A stretch of 64,000 bases of DNA. Source: an uncultured Planctomycetota bacterium (GTDB lineage Bacteria; Planctomycetota; Planctomycetia; Gemmatales; Gemmataceae). A program made the position numbers and the translations under genes. Shown piece after piece: positions 42,739 through 52,594 of the stretch (positions are counted from its first letter, which is position 1; every line of letters begins with the position of its first letter). The notes beneath the pieces were generated by a model. The model saw only the letters and a program-made list of their open reading frames with translations, did not search any database and had not been told where the DNA came from. The DNA is taken from positions 384,001 through 448,000 of the forward strand of contig CAWKHF010000007.1 of assembly GCA_963849325.1 (NCBI GenBank), written 5' to 3'.

Positions 42739-43972
42739 CTTCACCGATTCCTCCGCCGCAGCCCGGCCCGAGGCGGTCGCTCGCCGGGCCATCGGGGTGG
42801 GGCCGCGCCCGCGCGTGCTGGTCGTCGCTCGCTGGCCGGTCGGCGGCATCCGCACGCACCTGCTGGCGAATTACGCCGCCCTCCACGATGCCGGCTTTCG
42901 CTTCACCTTCGTCGGCCCGGCCGACGAAACTCTCAACGGCCTGCGGGCGGGGTTCGGCGACATCGAGGGAGCGGGCTTCATCGGCGCTCCGGTCGAGAAC
43001 CGACGTTGTCGGCTGTGGCCGGTGGTGCGCGGCCTGCTCCGCGAGGGACGCTTCGGACTGCTCCACGCGCACGGCGTCACGGCGGCGGCCCACACCGCCC
43101 TGGCCAATCTCGGCATCGGTGTGCCGCACGTCGTCACCCTGCACGAACCGCTGCGGACGAATCAGTTCCCCGGCTGGCTCGGTCGCTTGAAGCGCTGGAC
43201 ACTGGCGCGGGCGCTGGGACAGGCCGATGCCATCGTCACCGTCAGCGACGACGCCCGCATGAACCTGCTGGAGCATTTTCCCTCGCTGTGGTCTCGGGCC
43301 GAACGTCTGCTCACGGTGCCCAACGGCATCCACGCCGAGCGTTACGCCATCGCTCCCGAACAGCCGGCGAACGATCTGCGCGATCAGCTGGGACTCGATG
43401 CGCAGCCGTTCCTCCTCGGCTTCCTCGGCCGATTCATGCCGGAAAAAGGTTTCCCCGTGCTGCTGGAGGCCGTGGAGCGCCTGGCGCGAGAGGAGACGGT
43501 TCGTCCGTTCCATCTTGTCGGCTTCGGCTCGGGCGATTTTCGCCGCGAGTATCAGAAGGCCATCCTGCGCCGCGGGCTGGAGAAAGTCGTCAGCCTGCTC
43601 GACCAGGTGGCGGACGTGCGGCCGGTGCTGTCGCAGCTCGACCTGGTGGTGGTGCCGTCGCTGTGGGAGGCGTCGTCGCTGGTGTCGATGGAAGCGATGG
43701 CCGCCGGCGTGCCGGTGCTCGGTTCGGACTGCATCGGTCTACGCGAAGTGCTGCGCGGCACGCCGTCGCGCCTGGCGGCGACGAACGACGCGGCCGCGCT
43801 GGCCGCCGGCCTGCGGGCCGCTCTCGACGAGCCGTGGACGGAGGCGGCGCGGACCTTCGCCGCCGAAGCACAAGCGCGATTCGATAATGTCCACTCGGTT
43901 CGGCGATTGACGACGCTGTTCGAGTCGTTGGCGAGCGGCGCGGGGCGGAGCGCCCGGCCGCTCGCGGCGTGA
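42719..43972 (+). CDS. Glycosyltransferase family 4
   Basis: WPVGGIRT, FLGRFMPEKG, VPSLWEASSLVSMEAMAAG. Confidence 0.85.
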   Translation: MPVRPANFTDSSAAARPEAVARRAIGVGPRPRVLVVARWPVGGIRTHLLANYAALHDAGFRFTFVGPADETLNGLRAGFGDIEGAGFIGAPVENRRCRLWPVVRGLLREGRFGLLHAHGVTAAAHTALANLGIGVPHVVTLHEPLRTNQFPGWLGRLKRWTLARALGQADAIVTVSDDARMNLLEHFPSLWSRAERLLTVPNGIHAERYAIAPEQPANDLRDQLGLDAQPFLLGFLGRFMPEKGFPVLLEAVERLAREETVRPFHLVGFGSGDFRREYQKAILRRGLEKVVSLLDQVADVRPVLSQLDLVVVPSLWEASSLVSMEAMAAGVPVLGSDCIGLREVLRGTPSRLAATNDAAALAAGLRAALDEPWTEAARTFAAEAQARFDNVHSVRRLTTLFESLASGAGRSARPLAA

Positions 43973-44002
43973 TCGGGGATTCGCAACCTACGGGGCCAAG
44001 GC

Positions 44003-45298
44003 ATGATCTGGCTGCTGGGCGGATACATGTGGCTGTTCGTGCATCGGCCGTTCGAGATCTGGCCGGTGCTCGGCCTGCTGCAGATCGAGCGCGTCTACAT
44101 GATGGTGATGCTCGTGGTGTGGCTGGTTTCGCCCGGCAAGGGCTGGGTACCCAATCGCATCCACTACGCGCTGGCGTTTTTCACGATCGTTCTGGCGGTG
44201 GCCTGGCTGCTCAGCCCGTACATGGAGCAACCGCTGTGTACCGACACCATCGAGAATTATTTCAAGGTGGCCGTGTTCTACGTGCTGGTGTTGTCGAGCG
44301 TGCGTGACGAGCGCGGCCTGCGCCTACTCGTGCTGCTCTTTTTAACGGCGGTCGGCCTGTACATGGCGCATTCGCTGTGGGAGTTCATCCACGGCCGCTA
44401 CCAGTGGCGCATGGGCATCCGCCGCATGATGGGCATCGATCAAAGCTATGGCGACCCGAACGCTTTCGCCTCCAGCTTGCTGTACGCGCTGCCGTTGACG
44501 CTGCCGTTGTGGGCCACACGGCCGTCCAAGCTTCTGCGTTTGACGCTGGTGAGCTTCACCTTTGGCGTGTGCATCTGTGTGGCCCTCACGGGGTCGCGCG
44601 GCGGGCTGGTCGGGTTGTGCGCCTTCACCGCGCTGACCCTGTTGGTGACAGTGCGGCGCAAGGCGCTGGTCGTCGTGCTGGGCGGCCTATTCGGCGCGGT
44701 GGGCCTGGGAGTGGCGGTGCTGGCGCTGCCGGAGGAGCTGCAAAACCGCTACCTGACGCTCATCGATTCGAGCTACGGACCCAAGAACGCCGCCGAATCG
44801 GCGAGCGGTCGCCTCGACGGTTTCCTCTACGGCATCGAGGCGTGGGAGAAAAGTCCGCTGCTGGGCCACGGGCCGCGCGCCTTCGACTTCGCCACGGGCC
44901 GCATGGGCGGCGCTCACAATCTTTACGGACAGGTATTATCGGAAATGGGCGGACTTGGCGCGTTGGCGCTGGCCGGCCTCGTGCTCTGCTTCGCGCTCAA
45001 CTGGCTGGAGGTGCGGCGCTTCTACCAGCGCCACCCGGAGCAGCCGCGCGATTTTTCCTTCCACGTGTCGCGGTCTATTGGACTGGTCATCGTGCTCATG
45101 ATGTTGCTCGGCTGGGGTGGACACACGCTGTACCGCTATCACTGGCAATGGTTCGCGGCCTTCCAGGCTATCGCGGTCCACTGCGTTCGCCAGAAACGTG
45201 TATCGGACCTCGTGAATGGCGAATCGAGAAACCTCCTTCCGAATCTCTTCGTCACGATGCACGGCCCGCGATTGACGATGCACGAGATGGGGTCATGA
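44003..45298 (+). CDS. wzy: O-antigen ligase/Wzy polymerase family membrane protein
   Basis: Many TMs; GDPNAFA, LTGSRGG, SASGR, PLLGHGP, AHNLYGQVLSEMG. Confidence 0.8.
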   Translation: MIWLLGGYMWLFVHRPFEIWPVLGLLQIERVYMMVMLVVWLVSPGKGWVPNRIHYALAFFTIVLAVAWLLSPYMEQPLCTDTIENYFKVAVFYVLVLSSVRDERGLRLLVLLFLTAVGLYMAHSLWEFIHGRYQWRMGIRRMMGIDQSYGDPNAFASSLLYALPLTLPLWATRPSKLLRLTLVSFTFGVCICVALTGSRGGLVGLCAFTALTLLVTVRRKALVVVLGGLFGAVGLGVAVLALPEELQNRYLTLIDSSYGPKNAAESASGRLDGFLYGIEAWEKSPLLGHGPRAFDFATGRMGGAHNLYGQVLSEMGGLGALALAGLVLCFALNWLEVRRFYQRHPEQPRDFSFHVSRSIGLVIVLMMLLGWGGHTLYRYHWQWFAAFQAIAVHCVRQKRVSDLVNGESRNLLPNLFVTMHGPRLTMHEMGS

Positions 45299-46854
45299 AC
45301 GATCGCTCGTTTGTCAAACATGCCGCGGTTTACGGCCTGGCCAACCTGCTGGTGCAAGCCGGCGGGTTCGTGCTGCTGCCGCTCTACACGCGCTGCCTGA
45401 CACCGTCGGACTACGGCGTGCTGGAGGTGCTGGGGCGCCTGGCTGAGACGGTCGGCACCTGCCTGATGTTCGGCGGCTTTCGGCAAGCGCTCTTGACGTT
45501 CTACCAGCAGAGCCAGCACGAGGCGGAACGTCGTCGCGTCGTGGTCACGACGCTGAGCCTGTTCGGCCTGACCGGCCTGCTGGGCGGCGGTCTGGTGCTG
45601 GCGCTGGCCGACCCGTTGGCTGCGCTGCTCAACCGTTTCATGCAGGCCGACGCACCGATCCTCAGTGCCGGCCTGCTGCGCCTGGCCATCCTGGCCATTC
45701 TGCTGGAGCCGCTCAGCCAGCTGCCGATGGCGCTGATCCAGGCGCGCGTCGAGTCGGTGCGGTTCGTGTCGATCACGCTGACGCAGTTCGTGGTCCGCGT
45801 CGGCCTATGCGTGCTGCTGGTCAAGTGCCTCAACGGCGGCGTGGCGGGCGCCCTGGGAGCGACCGCGCTGATGGGGACACTGTTCGGGCTGACCTTGTCC
45901 ACGCGGGAACTGCTGCGCGGCCCGGCCTGGCCCAGCTTCGGACAGCTCCGCGCCATGCTCCGCTTCACCCTGCCGCTCGTGCCTGGCGGGTTGTGCTTTT
46001 TCCTGATGCACCACGGCGACCGCTTCTTCCTGCTTCGTTACCGTGGCACCGAAGACGTGGGCACCTATGCGCTCGGCTACAAGCTGGCCCTGGCGGTCGT
46101 CATGTTCAGCCTGTCGCCGTCGTGCATGGTCTGGAGCGCCCGCATGTACCAGGTCGAGCGACAGGCGGATGCTCCGACCGTGTTCGGCACGGTCTTCACG
46201 CGCATCCTGGCGGGATACTTGTTCGGGCGCTGGGGCTGGCGCTATTCCAGGACGAAGTGGTACGACTACTCGGCGGCGCCGGCTATGCCCGAGCATCGCG
46301 GATCGTGACACCGGTGCTACTGGCATACTTGTGTCAGTCGGCGGCGTCGCTCATGGACTCCGGACTGTACATGCGGCACCGCACCGGCCTGAAGCTGGGC
46401 ATCACGCTGGCCACCACGACGGTCATGCTGCTGCTGTACGCCGTGCTCATTCCGAGCTACGGCAGCATGGGGGCGGCGATGGCCACGCTGGGTGGCTTCG
46501 CTTTCCTGGCCGTGTGTACCTGGGTGGTGACGCAGCGCGTTTTTCCGGTTCGTTACGAATGGCCGCGACTAATGGCGCTGCTGGCCGTGGCGGCGGGCCT
46601 GTGGTCGTTGTCGCGTCTGCTGCCGGTCAGCGCCGTGGGCCTGGCCGGCCAAGGCCGGCTTATGGCTGCTGGCGCCGGTCCTCGTCTGGTGCCTGGGCCT
46701 GATGTCGCACCGCGAGAAAGAGCACGTCCGCAACCTCGGCGACGAAGCGCGGCAACGTCTCCTCGGCTATCTGGCGTGGTCGCGGACGTTCCGGCCGCCG
46801 CTCTCGGCGGCGATGCCGGCGGAGCTGGCCGACGAAGAACAGCCGGCCGTGTGA
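45295..46854 (+). CDS. wzx: Wzx-type oligosaccharide flippase; frameshifted
   Basis: LLPLYTRCLTPSDYG, GDRFFL, VGTYALGYKL, LIPSYGSMGAAMATL. Confidence 0.85.
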
Positions 46855-46909
46855 GAGAGAAACCAGAGGTTTCATCCGAGTTTCGCCCCGATCGGAGGAG
46901 GAGATCGAC

Positions 46910-48751
46910 GTGAACATCAGCTATCTCGGCGGCATTCTCAAGCGCGGCCCGATAGAACGGCGTCCGGCCATCGGGGCCGGCGCCATCGACGAGGACTGGG
47001 GCTGGATCGGCGAAGAGGCCGAGTTGTTCCTGCACGCCGCCGGGCCGTGCTGCCGGCTGTTCACCTGGGACGCGCTGGCCCTGCTGGTGCGCGGCTACGC
47101 CCGTCCGACCGACGGCAGCGACGCGCTCGACCTGGAGCGCGTGGCCGAGGAAGTCCGCTGCCATTACCTCGAACACGGCGAACTGGCCGTCGAGTGGCTG
47201 GATGGCAGCTTCACCCTGGCGCTGCTGGACGGCCAGGCGCGGCGAGTGCTGCTGTACCGCAACCTCGTCGGCTCCGGCTTCACCTACTACCATGCGTCGG
47301 CCGACGGCCTGCTCTTCGGCAGCAACCTCGCCGAGTTGCTCGACGCCGCCCACGTCACGGCGCGGCCCAACCGCGACGCCCTGCCGGCGTTCTTCCTCTA
47401 TCGCTGCGTGCCCGGCCGCGAAACATTACTGGATGGTTTTTTCCGTCTGCTGCCGGGCGAACAAGTGTGCTGGGACGCGCGCGGCCTGACGCGCGTGCAG
47501 CGGCAGACCTTCGCCGACCTCCGCGGCGAGCGCATCGACGACCCGGAGGCGGTGGACCTCCTCGACGAGACGATGGAGCGCGTGCTGTGGGACTGCGCCC
47601 AGTTCCGACCAGGCACCGCCAACTTGCTGTCGGGCGGCGTGGACAGCTCGTATCTGCAAGCGATCTGGGGGCGCGTGACGCCCAGCGACGGGATGCCGGC
47701 CAGTTACTCCATCGACGTCGATCACCCGCACACCTGGCGCGACACCGATTACGCCGTCACCGCCAGCCGGACCCTGGGCAGCCGACACACGCTCGTTCCC
47801 GCCGACGAGCCGTATGCCACCTACCTGCTCGACGCCCTGGCCACGACAGCCGAACCGCCCAACCACGTGCAGAGCGCCTACTTCGGCCACCTGGCCCGCG
47901 TCATGGTCGAGCAAGGCGTGCGCAGTGGATTGTGCGGCGAGGGAGCGGACAGCCTGTTTGGCCTGGGACTGGCCAACCAGCTGCACAACGCCGGCCTGCT
48001 GCGGCGACTCGTGCCGCTGCGATGGATGCGGCGGGGCGGCGCCTTCGTTAGCGGCGCCTTCGGATGGGAACGTCTGGCGGCCACGTTCCAATTAAGTAAT
48101 CGTCTCAACGACTTTGACTGTCTGGAACATCCGGTTAATCGAGTGGCGGCCTTCGCCGACTGGACGGCGGTCGAGGCGTGCTTCGGTCAGGGGGCCGTCG
48201 CGGCGGCGGCGAGCGAACGACGGTCGCTTCTGGACCTGTACGCCATCCCCGATTGCCCGCAGGAGCGGCTCCACGCGGCCGGCTTCCTGGGAGAAGCGAT
48301 GGACAGTGCTTCGCTGTGGACGACGCTGTTCAACCGCGCCGGGGCGGACCTGCTGTGTCCGTTCCTCGATTCGCGCGTGCTGCACCTGGCGCTCAACCTC
48401 GCTCCGGGCGTTCGCTTCCGTTTCCGACGACCCAAGGACGCGCTCAAGCGGGCACTGGCACGGCTGGCGCCGCCGGAGCTGGCGCAGCGGTCGAAGCTCG
48501 GTTTCGGTCAGCCGATTTTCGAGTGGCTGGCTCCCGGCGGCTGCCTGCGGTCGCTGGTCGAGCAGATCGCCACGTATGACTTCGTGGACGCCGATGCGCT
48601 GGCGCGGATGCGACGGCAGCCGACGTGGTTTCTGTACAGCCTGTTGTGCTACGACCTGTGGCACAAGTTGTTCATCGACCGCTCGCTGCCGCGGCCGGAG
48701 CGGATCGCTGGCTGCCGCCAACTCGCCGCCTCGTTAACGGCATCTCCGTGA
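46910..48751 (+). CDS. Asparagine synthetase-like ATP-dependent amide ligase lacking the N-terminal catalytic Cys
   Basis: LDGSFTLAL, LLSGGVDSS (PP-loop), GEGADSLFG, CPFLD, SKLGFGQP; N-terminus MNISYLGGIL rather than MCGI. Confidence 0.8.
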   Translation: MNISYLGGILKRGPIERRPAIGAGAIDEDWGWIGEEAELFLHAAGPCCRLFTWDALALLVRGYARPTDGSDALDLERVAEEVRCHYLEHGELAVEWLDGSFTLALLDGQARRVLLYRNLVGSGFTYYHASADGLLFGSNLAELLDAAHVTARPNRDALPAFFLYRCVPGRETLLDGFFRLLPGEQVCWDARGLTRVQRQTFADLRGERIDDPEAVDLLDETMERVLWDCAQFRPGTANLLSGGVDSSYLQAIWGRVTPSDGMPASYSIDVDHPHTWRDTDYAVTASRTLGSRHTLVPADEPYATYLLDALATTAEPPNHVQSAYFGHLARVMVEQGVRSGLCGEGADSLFGLGLANQLHNAGLLRRLVPLRWMRRGGAFVSGAFGWERLAATFQLSNRLNDFDCLEHPVNRVAAFADWTAVEACFGQGAVAAAASERRSLLDLYAIPDCPQERLHAAGFLGEAMDSASLWTTLFNRAGADLLCPFLDSRVLHLALNLAPGVRFRFRRPKDALKRALARLAPPELAQRSKLGFGQPIFEWLAPGGCLRSLVEQIATYDFVDADALARMRRQPTWFLYSLLCYDLWHKLFIDRSLPRPERIAGCRQLAASLTASP

Positions 48752-48784
48752 CGTCCGGAAAGACCCCATCAACCGAGAGGACTT

Positions 48785-49678
48785 ATGCCGACCCTTGAAG
48801 TGAACGAATCCGTCTTCCGTTTCCGTGCCGTGCCGTCCGGCCGCATGCCCCTGGAGGACGATCCGGAGCCGATGGTGCAGCAGCAGCTGGCCCGCCTGCA
48901 CTTCTTCCAGCGTCGGGTCGGCGCCCTGGGCCGGCGCGTGCTCGATTGGGGCTGCGGCTCCGGGTTCAACTGCGCCTGGCTGTTGCGCGAGGCGCAGGCC
49001 GCCGAGGCCGCCGGCTTCGACCTGTCCGCCGATGCCATCGCCCTGGCTCGCCGCGCCTACCCCGCTGTCTCGTTCGCCGTCGCCGACGCCTGCGATCCCG
49101 CCCTCGATTTGTGTCCGGGTCAATGGGACCGCATTTTGTCCTGCGAAGTGCTGGAGCACGTGCCCGACATGACGGCATTCCTGGCCAACCTGCGCCGCCA
49201 CCTCCATCCGGATGGACTCGCCTTCGTGTCCACACCCAACCGTCTCATATTCTCGCTCGGACACGAGCCATCGCCGGTCAACAAGGAGCACATCAAGGAG
49301 CTGACGTTGGCAGAGTTCCGCGCCGTGCTGCGGCCGCACTTCTCGGACGTCGAGATTTATGGGCAGCGCTTCAAAGATCCGGCACTCCTGGCGGCCTGGG
49401 AGGCGGACGTACGCGGCAAAATCGAGAGCTGCCGGCGCGGCGAGCGCTGGCTGGAGAGACCGACGCTCCGCTCCCGTCTGCTGCGTTTGCCCTGGGTCCG
49501 CCGAGCGCATGGCATCCCCCTTCTGCGTGACGCCTGGCGCGCCCTGCGCTGGGGCGTGGTGCCGAGCCTACGCGGTTGGGTCCAGCCGCCGCGGCCCCCG
49601 TATCGCTGGAGAGATTTCGAGTTTGTCGCCGACGATCTGTCCGATGCCGTGTGGTTCTGTGCGATCTTACGGCCGTGA
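48785..49678 (+). CDS. Class I SAM-dependent methyltransferase
   Basis: VLDWGCGSG, CEVLEHVPD, FVSTPN. Confidence 0.88.
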   Translation: MPTLEVNESVFRFRAVPSGRMPLEDDPEPMVQQQLARLHFFQRRVGALGRRVLDWGCGSGFNCAWLLREAQAAEAAGFDLSADAIALARRAYPAVSFAVADACDPALDLCPGQWDRILSCEVLEHVPDMTAFLANLRRHLHPDGLAFVSTPNRLIFSLGHEPSPVNKEHIKELTLAEFRAVLRPHFSDVEIYGQRFKDPALLAAWEADVRGKIESCRRGERWLERPTLRSRLLRLPWVRRAHGIPLLRDAWRALRWGVVPSLRGWVQPPRPPYRWRDFEFVADDLSDAVWFCAILRP

Positions 49679-49728
49679 GCGGGCGTCGCGCCCTTGGGTA
49701 TGGCTGACCCTGGCGAGAACATCGATCC

Positions 49729-51110
49729 ATGACACTCTACCCCATGCTGGTCCGCAACCTGTTCGTACCCCTGTCGCTGTGGCGCGGCGGCGAGCTGGCC
49801 CAATGGCGCTACCTCCGCGAGTTCGAGCGCACCCAGTTTTTGTCCGTCGAGGAAGTCCGCCGACTCCAGTGGAGTCGATTACAATTGCTGCTGGAACATG
49901 CCTACGTCCAGTGTCCGTTCTACCGCCAGCGCTTCGACCGCGTCGGGCTGAGGCCGAGTGACCTGCGCAGATTGGAAGACCTGCGCGTCCTCCCGGTACT
50001 GGAGAAGCGCGACATCCAGGTGTACGGCGACGACATGGTGGCGCGGAACTGGCCGCGCGGCGACCTGATCCGCAATCAGACCGGCGGCTCGACCGGCACG
50101 CCGGTGTCCTTCTATTTGAGCAAGGCGCGAAAGTGTTCGCGGGCGGCGGCGACGCTGCGGCACAATCGCTGGGCCGGCTGGGAGGTCGGCGACAAGGCGG
50201 CGGTCATCTGGGGAGCGCCGCGCGATCGGCCGGCCGACACCTGGCGCGCTCGCCTGCGCGGCGCCCTGCTGGCGGAACCGCTGTGGCTGGACACGGCCCA
50301 CGTCACCGAGGCGAGCCTGGCCGCCTTTCACGCCGACCTGGCACGCTGGAAGCCGCGCATCATCCAGGCGTATGCCCGCGCGGCTGTATTATTCGCCCGG
50401 TATTTGCAGGCGCGAGGCCTGACGCCGTACCGGCCGCACGCCCTCGTCACGTCGGCGGAGGTGCTCGAAGCGGACGAACGCCGGCTTCTCGAAGACGTGT
50501 TCGGCTGTCCCGTCTTCAACCGCTATGGTTGCCGCGAGGTCAGCGTGGTCGCCAGCGAGTGTCCGGAGCACAGTGGTCTTCATATCATGGCGGAAGGTTT
50601 GTACGTTGAGATCGAGACGCCGCACGGGCCGGCTGGTCCCGGAGAGATGGGCGCGATCCTCGTGACGGACCTGCTCAACCATGCCATGCCGCTGATCCGC
50701 TACCGCATCGGCGACCTCGGCGCCTGGGCGGCGGGAACATGCCGTTGCGGCCGAGGTCTGCCGCGACTGGAGCGCGTGGCCGGGCGCGTCACCGACTTCC
50801 TGGTCGGTTGCGATGGGCGACTCGTTTCGGGCGTGTACCTGGCCACCTACGTGGTGGCGCAGCGCCGAGCCTGGGGCAGGTGCAGATTCATCAGGATCGG
50901 GCCGGCGCCGTGACCTACCGCATCAAACCGGGCCGCGACTTTCATCTGGCGCACGACCTGGAGTATTTGCGGACGACGACTCGACAGTATCTCGGCAGCG
51001 AGGCGGTGATCGACAGCGAAGTCGTGACGGAATTGCCGGCCGAACCGTCCGGCAAATTCCTGTTCAGTCGTTCGACCGTGGCGCCGGGGTTTCTCGCCCC
51101 AACGACGTGA
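49729..51110 (+). CDS. Phenylacetate-CoA ligase/CapK-like adenylate-forming enzyme; frameshift near 50865
   Basis: TGGSTGTP, FNRYGCREV, TDLLNHAMPLIRYRIGD, GRVTD, SGKF. Confidence 0.85.
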
Positions 51111-51154
51111 CGAGAGCGCGACGGTTGCCCCACCCGCGTGAGAAAGGGACACGG

Positions 51155-52573
51155 ATGGACCATACGCCCTTCTTGGACCCCGAAGCACCAGTCTCCCGAA
51201 TGCAGGCGCTGACGCGGCTGCCGTGGCTGGTTTACCGCCTCTTTCGCTGGCGTGCCCTGCGCGGCGGTTGGCTGCCGGGCTACCTGCGTCGGCACCGCTC
51301 CTTCGATCGCCGCGCCTTTGGGCCGGACCAGCCCATCGACATCCTGGTCCTGTGCAGCGATCACTTCGAGCCGGCCCGGCGTTTCGGCGACGCGGCCGCG
51401 GTCGAATCGGTGCGCTCGTGGTGCGCCGCCTACGAGAAGATGGCCGGGCAGCACCGCGACGCGGACGGTCGGCCGCCGCAGCACACCTGGTTCTATCGCT
51501 ACGACTACCCCAACTCCGGCTGCATGCGGGCTTTGAGCGAATGTGTCTTCCGTGGCTTCGGTGAGGTCGAATTCCATCTGCACCACGGCCACGATACGCA
51601 TGAGACGATGCTGGCGACGCTGCGGGCGGGAGTGGACTGGTTCAGTCGTTTCGGCGCCATGCGCACCGCCGAACCCGAGCCGCGACCGCGTTACGGCTAT
51701 GTCGCCGGGAACTCGGCCCTGGATAACGGGGCCGGCGATGATGCGCTGAGCGGTTGCGCCACCGAGCTGCGCGCCCTGCGGGACACCGGCTGCTACGCCG
51801 ACTTCACCTTTCCGTCGCTCGGTTCGCCGGCGCAGCCGCGCCTGGCCAACTGTATCTATTACGCCACCGAGGACGGCCGGCCCAAGTCCTACAATCGCGG
51901 CAAGCCCGTCGAGGTGGGCCGGCCGGCGCGGGGCGATCTGATGATATTCCAGGGTCCGGTGGCCATCGACTGGCGCTCCGGCTGCCTGGATGATGGCGCC
52001 GTGGAGAACACCTCGCCGCCGCATCCGCGTCGTCTGGCGAGTTGGCTGTCGGCCCACGTCCACGTGCCGGGCCGGCCCGAATGGGTTTTCGTCAAGCTGC
52101 ATACGCACGCCATGCAGAACCGCGACTCGTTCCTCAGCGCCGACAACGACGCCGTCTTCACCGCGATGGAGACGTGGTGGAACCGTCCGCCGTTCCGCCT
52201 GCACTACGTGACGGCCCGCGAGGCGTACAACCTCGTCAAGGCCGCCGAGGCCGGCAAGTCCGGCGATCCCAACGACTACCGCGATTTCGCGGTCCCGCCC
52301 CCCGCTAATCGTCTCGTCCACTGCGACGCGCCGTGGCGGCTGTTGAGCTACACTCCCGAGCGCACCCACGTCGAGATACTCGAAGGGGGACCGGCTCGGC
52401 TACGGTTCGCGCGCGGCAGTCTGGCCTCCGTCGCCGGCCGCATCCGCGAAGTCGAGGCAACCTACCGCGATGAGCTGCTGACCGACCTGCGCATCGAAGG
52501 GGAAGGACCGTATGAAGTGATGAGGCGAACGGCCGGCGTCAGCCGGCTGGTGGTCGCTTCACCAGCCGGCTGA
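51155..52573 (+). CDS. Uncharacterised protein, putative metal-dependent deacetylase-like barrel
   Basis: Intact ORF; SDHFEP, DADGRPPQHTWFY, GEVEFHLHH, GNSALDN, GCYADFTFPS, FVKLHTHA, HYVTAREAYN. Confidence 0.65.
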   Translation: MDHTPFLDPEAPVSRMQALTRLPWLVYRLFRWRALRGGWLPGYLRRHRSFDRRAFGPDQPIDILVLCSDHFEPARRFGDAAAVESVRSWCAAYEKMAGQHRDADGRPPQHTWFYRYDYPNSGCMRALSECVFRGFGEVEFHLHHGHDTHETMLATLRAGVDWFSRFGAMRTAEPEPRPRYGYVAGNSALDNGAGDDALSGCATELRALRDTGCYADFTFPSLGSPAQPRLANCIYYATEDGRPKSYNRGKPVEVGRPARGDLMIFQGPVAIDWRSGCLDDGAVENTSPPHPRRLASWLSAHVHVPGRPEWVFVKLHTHAMQNRDSFLSADNDAVFTAMETWWNRPPFRLHYVTAREAYNLVKAAEAGKSGDPNDYRDFAVPPPANRLVHCDAPWRLLSYTPERTHVEILEGGPARLRFARGSLASVAGRIREVEATYRDELLTDLRIEGEGPYEVMRRTAGVSRLVVASPAG

Positions 52574-52587
52574 CGCCGGCCGTTCGC
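52525..52587. repeat. Perfect 28-bp-stem palindrome spanning the stop codon of the last EPS gene; probable REP/terminator between convergent genes
   Basis: GCGAACGGCCGGCGTCAGCCGGCTGGTG-gtcgctt-CACCAGCCGGCTGACGCCGGCCGTTCGC. Confidence 0.92.
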
Positions 52588-52594
52588 CATTCAA

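Noticed and set aside
46910-48751. Lasso peptide cluster (cyclase-like gene)
   Set aside because: No precursor peptide, transglutaminase-like peptidase or PqqD/RRE gene nearby; the context is EPS
1151-52587. CRISPR array
   Set aside because: Repeats are dispersed palindromes, not regularly spaced direct repeats; no cas genes
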